A stretch of 64,000 bases of DNA from Azolla caroliniana (taxonomy: Eukaryota; Plantae; Polypodiophyta). Each line of letters begins with the position of its first letter. The first letter of the stretch is position 1. The DNA is taken from assembly GCA_043228905.1 (NCBI GenBank), contig JBHGNT010000001.1, forward strand, positions 18,414,001-18,478,000, read 5' to 3'. Below the pieces are notes generated by a model, which saw only the letters and a list, made by a program, of their open reading frames with translations, did not search any database and had not been told where the DNA came from. Of the stretch, positions 1 through 14,149 are shown piece after piece. The translations under genes and the position numbers were made by a program.

Positions 1-1
1 G

Positions 2-130
2 GAGTTCGTGCTGACGAAGATCCACACGGACGAGAACGGGTCGGATATGCTGACCAAGGTGCTCACACCCGACAAGCTGGAAGCATGCCGGAAGAGGATC
101 GGATTGGAGAGACATCCCATGCCGAAGTGA
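2..130 (+). mobile_element. 3' end of Ty1/copia pol (RNase H C-terminus), element A
   Basis: Frame 2 reads EFVLTKIHTDENGSDMLTKVLTPDKLEACRKRIGL...*, a copia RNase H end; PPT AGGGGGAG follows at 131-138. Confidence 0.9.
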
Positions 131-140
131 AGGGGGAGTT

Positions 141-814
141 TGTTGGGATTACGGTCCCTCCGGATGGGATGTCCGGAGACGAATAACGGCAAGCCCGGTT
201 GCGGTTACGGATCCGGATGGAATGAAGAGTACCCGGCATGAAGCCGGATGAAGTGTACCCGGATGCGGATCCGGATGATGAAGAGTACCCGGCATGAAGC
301 CGGATGAAGAGTACCCGGATACGGATCCGGATGATGAAGACCCCGGCTACGGAGCCGGATGACGAATGTACCCGGAGAGAGATCCGGATGCAGGGACATA
401 TTTGTGAATATGTTTGCTAAGAGCCCTTGAGGCTATATTTGTAAATATCCCGAAAGTCATATATGTATAAATATGACTTAGGGCAAACAGTTTTAGGTTG
501 TTGCTTATTTTTCATGAGTAGTGAGAGCAGCCGAAGAGAGAGAGAGAGAGACGAAGAGGTCGTTGCCTCTGTGTATTACCGCCGCCTGTGGCGAAGACAG
601 TGAGCTCAAGGTTGTTGCCTTGTAGCTTCACCATTGTACATCCCTGTTCATAGTGATAGTTGGAGGTTGAGGACTCCCGTGGTTTTTCCCATTTAGGGTT
701 TTCCACGTAAAACATCCAGTGTACCTTTCTCTCTATTGTTTTGTGCATTTTGTATTTCCTGTTTTCTGTGAGTTAATCCCATTCCTCGGTTGTGGCCGAG
801 CACTGTTTCCAACA
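141..814 (+). mobile_element. 3' LTR of copia element A
   Basis: Starts TGTTGG directly after the PPT and ends CCAACA (terminal inverted repeat); TATA-like TATAAATA near 466, GA run downstream. Confidence 0.88.
205..392. repeat. ~56-58 bp tandem repeat (~3.5 copies) in U3 of LTR A
   Basis: GGATCCGGATG at 209, 267 and 323, GATCCGGATG at 381; subunits GAAGAGTACCCGG. Confidence 0.85.
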
Positions 815-1054
815 TGGCGAGGATCGTGAGCACGAGGTCGTTGCCTCCGTGAACTCACTGTTGTACATTCTAGCATAGTGATAGTTTGCAGGCTGTGGGC
901 TGCCGTGGTTTTTCCCTTGGTTTGGGTTTTCCACGTGAACATCCTGTGTACCCTCCTCTTCTCTGTGTCGTGTTTTATTTCCCGTTTTCTGTGTATGATT
1001 CTAAGCTCGGTTGTGGCCGAGCGTTGTGCATAAGGAGCGTTTGAGTTCCCGATA
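815..1054 (+). mobile_element. 3' part of a related older copia LTR (B), apparently the target of A
   Basis: Diverged copy of ~590-814 (shared GTTGCCT, CCGTGGTTTTTCCC, GGGTTTTCCACGT, CTCGGTTGTGGCCGAGC); degenerate end ...CCCGATA. Confidence 0.7.
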
Positions 1055-2126
1055 GAACGAAGGCGTATTATCCCTCGTACAGACCGTCGTTCGAAAGGCT
1101 TCGAACCTGGACGCTAGCCCACCAAGGCAAACCTGCACCATTTCATCTTCCTCAACGTTCACGTTGACAAAGGCGAGAGAGAATCGCAAATTTTCTTGAT
1201 TCAGGCTATGTAATCAGCCACAAACAGATCTTTCTGCAGGACATTGCTGAGCTCCTGCCTGAGCTGCAGCCTCTTGGCCATTGTGCTTGCGGTGAAAATC
1301 TGTTTGAGATTTGGCCACGCGTCCTTTGGCGTTTTAAGCATCCCAAATATAGCTCAATAGTTGGTCACTCACACAAGATGCAAAGCAGTAGAGAACTTTG
1401 CTTGCCGGTTGTTACCAAGCCCAAAAATCTCTGTCTCTCAAATCGGGTGCTACATCATTAGCTCCTTAGACATAACTCCAGTAGCCGTGACCGAGCAGGT
1501 ATTGGTGCATCTTGTACGACCAAGATGCGTAGTTGCTCCTGTCGAGCTTTTCAGTTGGTAGCGAGCTTCCCATACCTCTGTCCATATTACTGTCTTTTTC
1601 TTTTTTGAAAAAAAAATGAAGAACAACTTCAACTTTGTTTTGTCGCAAGCTTTTATTGTCGGTTGCAGAGGACTTCAACCCTCGCACTCTGATACCATGT
1701 AAAAGAATACGTGTGTGGAAGCGTGTGCGTAAACACAGAGTACATAGTTCGAAAATATGATAGTTCGGTAAACATAGAAAACACAGAGATGGAGATGGAG
1801 ATGGAGAGACAGAGAGAGAGTAGACAACTCAGATCTATTTCAAAATAATGATGCTTTGTACATTCTTCGTGCTCGGTGAGCACCTTTTATACAAGCCCTG
1901 ACTATCGGCCTGACACAAGTACTGACAGTACTTGACTGCTCATAAATGAGCCTACTACACTAACTCCCAAAATTATTCCTTATGAGGAATACCATACTAA
2001 CGGCCTTTTGGTTTATGCATACTGTTTTATGAGATAATCACGTTATGCATACTATTTTATGCACCCAGACTATGCACTGGGTTATGCACCGTATTACACA
2101 CCCAATGTTGAGCTTGTCACTTAACA
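1055..2126 (-). mobile_element. Copia element C: 5' LTR (1698-2126), PBS and degenerate gag
   Basis: Gag EKLDRSNYASWSYKMHQYLLGHGYW and later TTVCTRDNTPSF; LTR with TG..CA ends homologous to LTR 60549-60982. Confidence 0.85.
1686..1697 (-). promoter_or_regulatory. Primer-binding site, tRNA-Met(i)
   Basis: TGGTATCAGAG(T) immediately inside the LTR on the minus strand. Confidence 0.9.
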
Positions 2127-4410
2127 CGAGACAAGGATACAAATGCGATACGAAGATTTGAAGGAACTACTACTTGAAGCTCCAGCACTACAAAAGGTCA
2201 ACTATACCGAAGGAAAACCGATTTATGTGATTGTTATCAATCAAGAAGACAAAGGAAAGAATCGATATGCGATTTGATTCAGTGCGAAAGTGTTGAGTGA
2301 TAGACAAAGGAAGTATGCTCAAGTAAAGAGAGAGTTGTGGGGAATCATATTTGTTGTGAAAGGCGACCGTGATTATCTTATTGGAACGAAGGTCATAATC
2401 GAGACAGATTGCCTACCCATACTTGGTATGATTTCCAGTTGCGTCTCTCCTGACATTGCTATGTTGCAATGGATTGCGGACATCAAGTCACTTAATCCAG
2501 AAATATGGCATATGACAGGAAAGTATAATGTGGTGGTGAATATGTTGTCATGAGCAAGATATGACAATGAGGAAGACTCCAAATCCGATGAAGAAGATAT
2601 TGGCTTGGACTTCTTCGCAACTTCTTGTGCTTAAATATTGACAAGTTTCAAAGAGGAAGGTTATAAAGGGGAATTCATAGAAATCAACAAATACCTAAGC
2701 TCCCTGAAGAAGGATGAATCATGGACAGATGAGGATTTTTGTCAAATCCGGAAGAAAGCATACAAATACTGTTGTGACTAGGACCATAGATAGACCAGAA
2801 AGATAGACTGAAAAATACAAAACAGAACACAAAATACACAATACACAACTTTTATGTGGAAACCATATAGCAAGGAAAACCATGGGCAACAAATTTTCAC
2901 TATATATATAAGAGGAAAAGTAGATTACAAGACTCTGTAGAATAGAGTATCCACCACTTAGGGTTTTCATGGCAAGTATCACTACTATGTCTTCCTTCAC
3001 TCTCACTCTTGTCTCCTTCCTACTCTCTATGTATACACACTATTTGTCTACTCTACTATGTTCGACACCCTTCCACCTAAAGGTTCTTGTAGCTCCACAT
3101 ATTTAAAGTTTTCCGACCCGATTTTGACAGCCGATTCTCCCAATTGACAGCCGACTTCTCCCATTAGGAGGGACAGAATCCTAAGAAATACTTCCTTAAA
3201 GATGGATACCTTTGGAAGCACCCAAAGAAATAGAAAGGAACTCCATTGCATGTTGTATGCAAGAAAGAAGAGCAAGAGACACTTTTAACTAAGTTCAACA
3301 ATAATGCTTAGGCAGAGCATAGAGGAATATGGATGACAATCGCAAACTTAAAAGAAAGGTATTGGTGGCCAAGATTCTACAAAGATGTGTTAAGTTATGT
3401 TAAGACATGCAAAGAATATCGGATTTACTCAAATATTCACCATAGAGATGAGCTTCACTCCACCTATCCTTTATCGATACACTACAAATAGATGGTAGAC
3501 ATTGCAGTGAGGCCATTAGGACTATGGCAGATGAGATACCTTGTTTAACAAGAGAGGATCTCACAAATCAAGTGAAGGTTCATGCATTGAGAAATAAAAC
3601 GAGGTCAGTAGTATGTCGATTCCTTCTAGAAGATGTCATATGTAGATATGGATGTGTCGAGAAAATAGTAGCAAATAGAGGCGAGTTGGATGCTAATGAA
3701 CACAAAGAGTTCTTTTCAAGAATCGGGGTCAAGCTATCACTTACTACGACTTACAACCCAAAGGCGAATGGGAAAGCACAACGGGGTAACGGACCTATTC
3801 TGAAGGCATTAGTAAAGTCTTGTGCTGGGAAGCTAAGCAAATGGCCTAGATTGCTACCATATGTGTTGTGGGTTGATAGGACAACACACAACATCATCAC
3901 TGGGTTTATGCCAACAGAGCTCATTATCGGTCCGAGACCTGCATGCCAATAGAAAAAAACATCCTTTCACGGGCCGTTTACCATGGGAAGATGGAATGAG
4001 TAGAGAAGACTTGCTAGCCACAAGGATCCGATTACTGGAGCAAAGACCTGAAGATGTGGAAATGGCAATCGACCGCATAAAGAAAGAAGCTTTCTATAAA
4101 AAACACCAACTTCACCCGAAGAGGAAAGAAGAAGGAAATTGGGTTTTAGTCTATGATGGTAGCTTCGACAATCAACACAATGCCACTCGGAAGTTCTTAA
4201 ACAGGTGGTTTGGACCAAATGTACTAAAGACATTAGAAGATAATGCCACTTATCAGTTTATGGAGTTAGATGGTACTTATCTTGTTGTACCTATTGTAGG
4301 GAAAAGAGTTAAAATCTTTAAAGAAAGAGAAATGGCAAGTGTTTTCAGAGAGTTACTAAACATTAACAAAGATGAGGAATGGCAAGAAACCCTACCACCA
4401 TTGGCACATG
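2127..4410 (+). mobile_element. Degenerate Ty3/gypsy pol remnant D (RNase H and integrase), G/H lineage
   Basis: RQRKYAQVKRELWG..ETDCLP, REDLTNQV, FLLEDVICRYG and WVLVYD..RWFGP match G/H pol; many stops; breaks at GGCACATG, the motif that precedes the PPT in H. Confidence 0.85.
2770..3186 (-). mobile_element. Solo LTR (copia-type) inserted in D
   Basis: Flanked by 5-bp TSD AATAC (2765-2769 / 3187-3191); removal restores KAYKYFLKDGYLWK; reverse complement resembles 41100-41236. Confidence 0.8.
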
Positions 4411-5455
4411 TTGAACGAGCAATCTCAACATGGGTCGGACCGGCTGGACAAGCAGGTAGGCCAAACCGAAATCAACTCGGTTGGCTAGGCCCACTTAGGG
4501 TGACAAGCCTAAGCTCCGGACCGGATGCCGAAAAACCAAATGGGAGTACGTACCATGAAGCCGGAGGAGGTCTGGTACGTAGATTCCAGAGTGTCAAATC
4601 ATATGATGAACCATGTTGAATGGTTCTCAAGCATGGAAAAACTAGAACAGCCTGGAGTTGTCAAGATTGGTCACAACACCGTGCACCCCATCAAACACGT
4701 GGGTGATGTACCGCTCAGCCATGTTGAACAAAAAGGCCTGATGCGGAATGTGTTGCATGTCCCGACAATTGCAAAGAACTTCGTTTTTGTTAGACAAATT
4801 GTCGATTAGGGCATAGAGGTTTGATTTAATCACCACATTTAATTTATCGAGGATGAGGGTTAGGTGATAGCGTGAGGGAGCAGAGACGCGAGGATGTTTA
4901 TCCTCAAAACAAATGATGTTGGTGGCATGATGTTTGTGAAAGGAAGAAAGGTCAAATCTAACTTCGATCTATGGCACAAGCGGATCAACCACATAAATTA
5001 TTAGAAGCTTCAAGAAGTTTACTTGAAACAGGTGGTTTCCAACTTGCCGTAGTTCAGTGGCCGGAGGGATGAGATATGTGAAGCATGTCAACTTGGGAAG
5101 CAGCATAGGCTCCCATTCCCCAACAAAAAGAATCGGAACCAGAATCGGCTTGACTTAATCCACATAGATGTATGGGGGCCAACAAGTTGTGTAAGCATGG
5201 GCTGGAGTCAATATTTTGTGTCCTTCATCATGACTTCCGGCACACTTGGGTATTACCTCATAGAGAAGAAGAGAAAAGTTTTCTCTTGTTTCCGGGATCT
5301 AAAAAGCTTAGTTGGAAGGGAAACATAGAGGGAAATCAAGTATCTATGGTTGGATGGCGGAAAAGAAATTATACTTTTCCGGCCAGTTCACAAGTTACCT
5401 ACAACAAAAGGAAATCCAGAGGGAGTTCTCCTACAGATACATGTTGAAGCAGAAC
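4411..5455 (+). mobile_element. Degenerate copia fragment (protease, GAG-pre-integrase, integrase N-part), C/K family
   Basis: EEVWYVDSRVSNHM, NVLHVPTIAKN, CEACQLGKQHR and LDLIHIDVWGP; multiple stops. Confidence 0.85.
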
Positions 5456-5459
5456 AATC

Positions 5460-8400
5460 AACTCCTCGTTAGTGCCGACCCTACTATGCTCGAGCATGTG
5501 AAGCTTTTCTTTTTATGGCCCCGTTTATGCCATGACATCACTCATCATGCTCGGGACCAAGGGATATACATTCAACGACGTCATCCTCATTTCCCAACTC
5601 ATTGAAGCTTGTACGTTATCTGACTCCCAACCACGTTGGCCCCATCCATCCTCGACCGACTTGCGCACCCAATACCAAGGCGCGACCCCCATAGACATTG
5701 ATGTCCAAAACATACAATTGCAGGGTCACTGCAACCTTCCCAATCACGATGGCCAAGGGTGCCCAAAGTGTTTCTATTGCAACAATTATGGACACGTTCA
5801 ACGTCACTACCAGAAATTACAACAACAGTCTCAGAGGCAACAAGTCTAGATAACTATGGATGGCACGACATCATTGGTTGAGCTTCCGGGAAACTAACTT
5901 CCGGGGTATTGATGGAAGAGCCAGCCCTCCACATCCAAGCATCTGCCTCTTCTAGTTCGTAGGTATGCACCACTCTCGCCACCATTAATCACTACACCCA
6001 CACCATCTTGTTAAACTCTGGTAGTAGTATCTCTTCCATTAGCATCGCCTTAGTTCACAAGTTAGGTCTCCCCACATCCACCGCTCCTTCCATCCAAGTC
6101 CTTTTTGGCGATCAAACATCGTTACCACTCTTAGCCAAGTCTAGGTGGCCCCAAGTCCATAGGATCCATTGGTCTCCATCCGCCAATTATTAGCTAGTTT
6201 TCCGTCACTAACCCTCCAACCCACGCATGCTCCTACTGTCTCTTTCCCGGTACAACATGCCATTCATACCGGTGAAGCCACTCCGATCCGCATTTCTACC
6301 CGTCGACGTTCCCCCCTCCACCACAATCGCATCAATGTTGCCGTCACTGACATGCTCACCGAAGGTATTATCATTCCTTCCACCATCGATTAGGTTTCGG
6401 AACCCCACTTAGTCAAGAAGGATGATGGCACCTCCCACTTTTGCATCGACTTCAGGCCTCTCAACAAAGTGACTATCCATGACCTCTACCCGCTCCCTCG
6501 TGTGGACAATCGCTTGGATCAAATTGGTGGCTCTCATTATTTCACCTCCCTAGACTTAGCCTCGGGATATTGGCAAATCCCCCTAAAGCCTTCTCATGCC
6601 CACAAGACCGCATTGCGCAAACACCATGGGGTATTCCAATTCACACGCATGTCGTTCGGCTTGTGGGATGCCGACAACACATTCCAACGCATGGAAAATT
6701 CCATCTTCGCGGTCCTTATCAGCAAAGGTGTCCTCGTTTATCTCGATGACATCCTTCATCACAAAGACACTTGGGAGGACCGTCTACAAACTCTCGCCGA
6801 AGTCCTCGCTTGCATAACTAAGCATAACGTGCAACTCCAATGGAAGAAGTGTCGACGGGGAAGCACTAGCCTCCGTTTTCTTGGCTTCATCATTTCTGGT
6901 GACAGAATCCATATGGACCCTTCAAAAGGTGGCAACCATCATCGACTACCCCCACCCCACCTCGATAAAATCATTGCAACGTTTTTTGGGCATGATCACA
7001 TTTTCACGAACCTCGCCTTGCTCACTTTTCCCCTTTGCCAACTCTTGAAGAAAGGTGTGTCATTCATTTGGGATCCTGCTTGCGAAGTTAGGTTTCGTCG
7101 CCCCAAAACCATGGTCCAGGAATCGGGGTTGCTCGCCCATCCTTACATTGACCAACCGTTCACTTTGCAGACAGACGCATCAAACCATGGGCTAGGAGCT
7201 GTCCTCTTGCAAGCTGATTGCCATGGGCAAGAAAAGGCGATTGCCTTCATTAGCCGCACTCACACCGGCCGAACACAACTACTCAACCACCAAGAAGGAG
7301 CTACATGTGATCGTCTGGTCTTTCTAGTGTCTTCACCCATACCTTCGTGGTGGACAGGTTATAGTTGAGACTGACCACCAACCCTTGCTTTCTCTTATCC
7401 ATTGACCTCACCCCCAGGTCGTTTGTTGCAATGGATGTTGGCAGTCCAAGGTTATCAGTTTACCCTCTCCTATTGGAAAGGTGGAACTAATTTGGTTGTT
7501 GATAGTCTCTCTCACGCCGACTTCCAGGTTGTCAAATTTCCCCCTAAGACATCCGATCTTCCGCTACCATTCACTTGAGCAACATGACCCCACCATTCAA
7601 GAGATAACCCATCAGTTGCGTGCCCTCCAACCGTTTCCCTCACCAGGGCGATTCATGCTCCAAGATAACTTGGTGTTCTTCATTCAAGCGCATCACGAGC
7701 CTCGTCTCTACATCCCTCATGCCCTACAACAAACATATCTCCAACTTTATCATGACTACCCATTATCGGGCCATTTGGGTTTCAACAAGGTTCTCGAAAA
7801 ATTATGCGTCAAGTATTACTGGCCCAACATGCGACAGTCAGTCTCTACCTACATCAAACAATGTGCTTTGTGTCAACACATCAAACCTACGATCAAGCCA
7901 GCTGGAACGCTCCAACCCATCACTGACACGTCACCTTTCGAGCTGGTCGGATGGGATTTCATGGGACCTTTTCTCGAAACCTTGAGGGGCAACAGGTATA
8001 TCCTAGTCATAACAGAATACCTCACCAGGTGGGCTGAAACTGTTGCCATCCCTGACGTCATTGCGCCAACAATTGCCTCCCAACTCTCGCAAAAGGTAAT
8101 TTTTCATCATGGGTGCCCTGTCCAATTCTTTTCTAATCAGGTCCATGAGTTCCATGGGGATTTCCTCAATGATATCACAACTCAACTAGGTGTCCAACAA
8201 GAGTTTACGTCCCCATACCATCTGCAAACAAATGGCCTCACCGAACGCCTCAAAAAGACCCTCAAGCAAGAGATTTCCGCTTACATCGATCCATGCCACA
8301 AAACCTGGGATCAAATCTTGCCTTTTGTCACCCACACCTACAATACATATGTACGGGCGTCAACACGAATCAGCCCTTTTCAAGCACTCTATGGGCATGA

Positions 8401-9026
8401 CCCTCGGCTCCCATCAGAATCGTCCATTCCAAACCTACCAACATGGATAGTGCCACTTGGGGGCTCTATCTGAAACAAATGCTCCCCCTCCTTCGACAAG
8501 CCAACTCCCGAAATCTACAAGTCGCACAACAACGTCAGAAGCGGCACTATGATGTGGGTCGAATTATCCCAACCTATGCTAATGGAACCAAAGTCCTTGT
8601 TTACATCCCAGTCCTGCAGCGTAGTCTCAGCGAATCCCTCATGCACCGATGGATCGACCCGTTCACCGTAGTTCGCGATCAAATCGACTACTTACTTGCT
8701 TCAACGTGATTCCAATGGCCGATTCACCTCCGCTCATGTTGCCCGTATCAAGCCCTATACTACTGTAAGCCTATCTTCTAGCACCCCTCCTTTCCCCATG
8801 TCGTAAAACTCCTTGTTTTTCTCGGGGGGAAATGTGGTGTCCCTTTCATGCGATTGCATGCCTCTTAACACACCACCCTTTTAGCACAACACCCCTTTTA
8901 GCACACCCTTTTGGTACACATGTGGCTAGGCCGGCCCAAAATGGGTACTTTTGTATCTTCTATAAATTGAACGATAAGTAAGAAGTTAGGCATGTTGGTT
9001 TGGTTTCCTTTTATATGCATTTCACA
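5460..9026 (+). mobile_element. 5'-truncated degenerate Ty3/gypsy E0 (gag, PR, RT, RH, INT; 3' LTR 8833-9026)
   Basis: CCHC CFYCNNYGH, RT FTSLDLASGYWQI..YLDDI, RH FTLQTDASNHGLGAVL, INT HDYPLSGHLG..GWDFMGPF; PPT before 8833; LTR ends GCATTTCACA like E1/E2. Confidence 0.88.
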
Positions 9027-9209
9027 ATATATTACATATTACACACATATATTATTATACACACATTTCATACATCCAATACAATATGTACATACATACA
9101 CACAAACATAACACACATCACACATGCATATATACTACATTCAAACATTACGTCCATGAATATGTATATACATACATTACACCCATCTATTCATGAATAT
9201 TGACCATAT
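9027..9209. repeat. TA/CA-rich host repeat (continues at 13953-14140; homologous copy at 47930-48137 and from 52956)
   Basis: CATTCAAACATTAC..CCATGAATATGTATATACATACATTACACCCAT shared between ~9138 and ~47965. Confidence 0.75.
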
Positions 9210-12200
9210 TGTGAAATGCTCTCAAAATAGCTCCCTTTCCATTACGTTCTAAGTTCCCTCTTATAGGCTACTCTTAGTACATCTTATAGGCTACTCTTAG
9301 CGTGGTGGGTGTTTTCCCACTCCAATTAGCACTTCTAATTATGGGGGCTTGGTAGGGGCCTAATTTGGGTGTGGTCAATGTGACCCTAGTTAGGTGGGGC
9401 CTTGGTTAGGATCCGTGGTAATACCACAGCTCCCCCTTTTAAAAAACAGTTACTGTGCGGTTGAAGCGCGACGGGGCGTGGACAGCGGTTCTGGGCAAAA
9501 GGTTGGCACAGGTGTGGATGTGGGCATGGGCGTGGGTGGTGGTAGCTGATAGAAGGGCGTCATGCAAGACTGGTGGGCGAAGGCAGAGCGGTTGTTGGAG
9601 GCATGATGGAGCAGGTATGTAGCGTTGCATATCTGCTTTTGAACTTCGAAGGGACCGATCCATCGGTGCATGAGCGACTCACTCAGGCCGTGACAACGGA
9701 TGGGGAAATAGATGAGGACTTTGTTGCCGGTGTGGTATTGATGGTTGGCGCGGCCTGCGTCGTGTTGGTGTTTTTGGCGTAGCTGTGCTTGGTGCAGGTT
9801 TCTCGTGATGGTGTTGCGGAGGAGGAGCTGGAGTTGTTGCAGGGGGGACCACTAGGACACTGCGTCAGAGTGGAGTGGCATGGTTGGTTGCGGGATTGCC
9901 ACTTCTGGGGGTAAGCGCGGGTTCCTGCCGTAAAGGGCCCGGAAGGGGCTAATGCAAGTGGAGGCTTGCACAACTATGTTGTAGGTGTGTGTAACGAAGG
10001 GCAAGATCTGGTCCCAAGTCGAGTGTAGCGGATCGATGTAGGCCGAGATTTACTGTTTTAAGGTTCGGTTGAGGCGCTCTGTCAATCCATTCGTTTGCGG
10101 ATGGTAGGGTGACGTGAATAATTGTTGGATTCCTAATTGTGTAGAAATGAGACGTAGGAGCTCGCTGTTGAACTGGGGTCTCCGATCGGACAAGATTTGG
10201 GGTGGGCAACCATGGGGGAAGATGATTTTCTCCAACAATTTGGTGGCGATGGTCGTAGCCTTCGCATCTGGGATAGCGGCCGTCTTAGCCCAACGCATCA
10301 AGTACCCGGTTATGACGAGGATGAATTTGTTCCCTACTTATGACTCGGGAAAGGGGCCCAAAATATCCCATCCGACGATTTCAAATGGAGCTTGAACCTG
10401 TATTGGATGTAAGAGGCCTTGCGCCACTTGAGGTGATTTTATGGCCTGACATGAGTTGCATGCTTTGATGTAGGAGGCGACCTCGTGGCGTAGCCTTGGC
10501 CAATAGAATTTGCAACGGATTTTGTCTAGCACCTTGTGAAAACCCAATTGGCCAAACAACGGGTTATCGTGGAAGAAAGAAAGGTAAGACAGGCGCAGTT
10601 GCTCAGGCACGTAGACCCAGGGTTCCTTGCCTACTTCGTAGAAAAGCAAGTCATTAGCATGGATCATGAATTGCTTGGTGAGGGAGGATCTAGGCTCGAC
10701 TCGTAGGCGTTGGCAGATGTCTTGGATCTTTTTTTCGTGTTGTTGCATGTTGGCCATTTGGGATGAGGATATGGGGAAATCGATTGTTCTAGAGGCGATT
10801 TGGTTCGCCTAAAAGAATATGCGGGATAATCCATCGGCGACGATGTTCTGGGGACCGCGGTGATAGATAGTGTAGAGTGAATGTGTAATCTTGCAGCGCC
10901 AAAGCCCAACGGAGTAAGTGATCAGGTGGGTGAGCCTTCTTTATGAGGGAGAGCAATGGTTGATGGTCGGTTTTGACTGATGTGTTTGATCCGTGTAGGT
11001 ACAGGTGGAAACGATGGAATGCCCAGACTATGGGGAGCAACTCTTTTTCGGTTGTCGAGTAATTTTGTTCGGCTTTGGTAAGTGACCGGCTTATGTAGGA
11101 AATCAGGCATAGTTGGTCGTTGTTGTCAGATTGGAGCAGGACCGCGCCAAGGCCAACATTGGAGGCATTCGTCTGTAGACGGAAAGGCTTCATGAAATCA
11201 GGGTGTGACAAGAGGTCAGAGGCTTGGAGCGTTTGCTTGAGCTGCAGGAAGCTGGATTCGCAGGCGTCAATCCATAGGAAGGGTGCGTCTTTTTGCAGGA
11301 GCGTGTGTCGTGGGGCTGACAGGTCGGCTAGCCGTGGGATGAAGTGGAGAGAGAACGTGAGGAGGTCGAGGAAGCGTTGAAGTTGCTTGACTATGGTGGG
11401 GCGTGGGAATTTTTGGATTGCTTCCGTCTTCTTTGGGTCCATCTGTATTCCGTCGGAGGACATGACGTACCCAAGGAAGCGGAGGCATGTACTACCCTAG
11501 CGACACTTCTTCCATTGCAACGGCATTCGATAGCGTTGAACACAAGTTAGGACATCCTGAAGGACTTGGAGGTGTTCCGCCCAGGTGCTTGTATATATCA
11601 TAATATCATCTAGATAGACAATGACGACACGGCGGGTGATGAGATCGTCGAAGATAGCATTAGCCATTCGCTGGAATGTGCTCCCAACATCGTATAGGTC
11701 GAAGGTCATTCGTGTGAGCTGAAAAATGTCTTTCCTAGTGCGGAATGCAGTTTTGTGGGCATCTTCAGGATTCATAGGGATCTACCAATATCCTTAGGCC
11801 AGATCAAGGGAGGAGAAGTACTTTGATTTGCCAAGCTGGCCGAGGAGGTTGTTGATACGAGGGAGAGGATATCGGTCATGGGTGGTGACATGGTTCAGTT
11901 GTCGGAAGTCAACACAAAAATGGTAAGAGCCATTGCCTTTTTTTACCATGTCTGGCTCCGAGATCCACTCGCTCTTGGAAGGTGTGATAATCCCCTGTTG
12001 TAGCATGGTTTTGATGGCTTTGTTGATGCGCTCATGGTCGAGAGGGGAGCGACGTCGGGGAGTTGCGTTGATGGGGCGGGCATTGCCTATAGGAATCGTG
12101 TGGTGGATCGGAAAGTGAACTGAGGGAGGCTTTGCATGTGGTGTAGACATCGAGGGAAAGGTGGCTAGGAGTCGTCAGATGTCATCGATGCGCTCTGTCG

Positions 12201-13952
12201 GTGATACCAGGTATTGTGTGTTGCTGATGTGGGTGGTAGCTCGCGGATTAGTGATGAGTGCGATCAGAAGGTGATTGGGGAGGATGAGTTGTTGCGAGGA
12301 GAAATCGAGAAAGGCTCAACTATGGAGGAACCAATCGCAGCCCAGGGTGATTGGGAACAACTAGCGTGGGAGGACGTAGAAACAATGTTGGATTCGGGCG
12401 GAACGGATGGTGAGCATGCACATGACTTGCGTATGTGACTGGTACAACCGTTGCTGGTCGCCGAAGAGGATTTAATGGGTGGTGCATGGCTCGTGGCAAG
12501 TTGGAATTGGGTGACTAAATCTGCGCTTATGGAAGAGATGATGCTGCCAGAGTCGAGGAGAACTTCTTGGGTCATGTGTTGGAGGCGGGCGATCGTGGTA
12601 CAAATGGGAGAAGTTGATGACATGGAGGCGTGGACGTGTGGGGGCGGCTCGATCATGGTATAAACGGGAGAAGTTGATGACGTGGAGGCGTGGACGTGCT
12701 GGGGCGGCTCTCCCTGTGGCACCCTGTGCATTAGTTTTCCGGGAGCTCAGAGAGGAAGGCAGTGTCGGCTAATTGGATGTTCTGCTTGTGTTGTTGATTT
12801 TGCCACTTTTGGCAGTGACGCCGGATGTGGCCATAGTTGTTGTAGTACAAACATTTGGGGCGTCCATGGCTATCTCATTCAGGCAATGCACGCCTGGCGC
12901 GTAACAACGCGTTCTGGATGTCGATGTCCATGGGAGTGGCGGCTGACGTAGTGTTTGTATGATTGTGACTGAGATTACTTGGTGTGTGCAGGTCGTGTGC
13001 GTCTGCAACTTCGATGCGTTTTGCGGTGAGGATGGCTTCGTGTAGTGTCTTTGGGCCTTGATTGTGTACACTACGGCGGAGTTCATGCCGGATACGCGGC
13101 CAGAAGAAAAACAACTTCATGTCTTCCGACATGTTGGCGTCAGCCCGACGTAGGATCTACACAAACCGAACTGTGAACTGGGTGATGGGTTCGCGTGGTT
13201 GGTAGGTGATTGACTCGAGTTGTTGTAGGGCCGTCTGATGGGAGTCCTGATGAGCAAAATTCCGAATCATGGCTGCCCGTAACAGATCCCAATCGTTGCG
13301 TGTCTCCTCAGGTTGTTGTACGAGCCATGTTGCTGCAATATTCTCGAGGAGTGTCTTCATTTCCATTGCCTTCTAGGGGTGTGGCCACTGGTGGTAACTA
13401 GCCACCATTTCGAAATGATCCGGCCAAGAGAGGATGTCTTCCAATGGTAGGCCGGAGAATGGTTTTGGGCGAACTTGAGGTTCCGAGAGATTCTGTTGTG
13501 GCTTGGATCGTGCTGAGAGGAATGACAACATGGCTTGGTTAGTATGGTTAACTTGTAAAATAATGTTGGACAATGCCTGAACCAATTGGTCAATTGACGA
13601 TGTGGGCTGATGTTCTTGATTTTGTTGTTGTAGGAATTCTGGATTCATGGAGTTTGCATTGCCGCTATTGATGTCGTGTTGCATCGTGGCGTGTGTTGTT
13701 GGGGTCGTGAGTTGGGGCTGCTTTGCCCGTCTTCTCCGCCAAGATGTGAATTGCTCTCAAAATAGCTCCCTTTCCATTACGTTCTAAGTTCTCTCTTATA
13801 GGCTACTCTTATAGACTACTCTAGCGTGGTGGGTGTTTTCTCGCTCCAATTAGCTCTTCTAATTATGGGGGCTTGGTAGGGGCGTAATTTGGGTGTGGAT
13901 AATGTGACCCTAGTTAGGTGGGTTCTTGGTTAGGATCCGTGGTAATACCACA
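9210..13952 (-). mobile_element. Full-length decayed Ty3/gypsy E1 (LTRs 9210-9428 and 13745-13952)
   Basis: Paired LTRs with TG..CA ends, 4-bp TSD ATAT, PBS TGGCGGAGAAGACGGGCA, PPT at 9429-9447; gag/PR (LLDSGS)/RT/RH/INT fragments with stops and frameshifts. Confidence 0.93.
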
Positions 13953-14149
13953 ATATGTAAATATGTACATACACATACATACATGCGTTACATACTACAT
14001 ACATATTAGAATCAGGCATATATATATTGACATACATATATACATAATACATACATACATACATACACATTCTTACAAACATATTTTATATATTATATAT
14101 TACACACATATATTATTATACATACCATTATAGACAAATGCATATATGA

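Noticed and set aside
205-392. CRISPR-like appearance of short periodic repeats (also 57490-57975)
   Set aside because: Head-to-tail repeats without unique spacers, no cas genes, eukaryotic context
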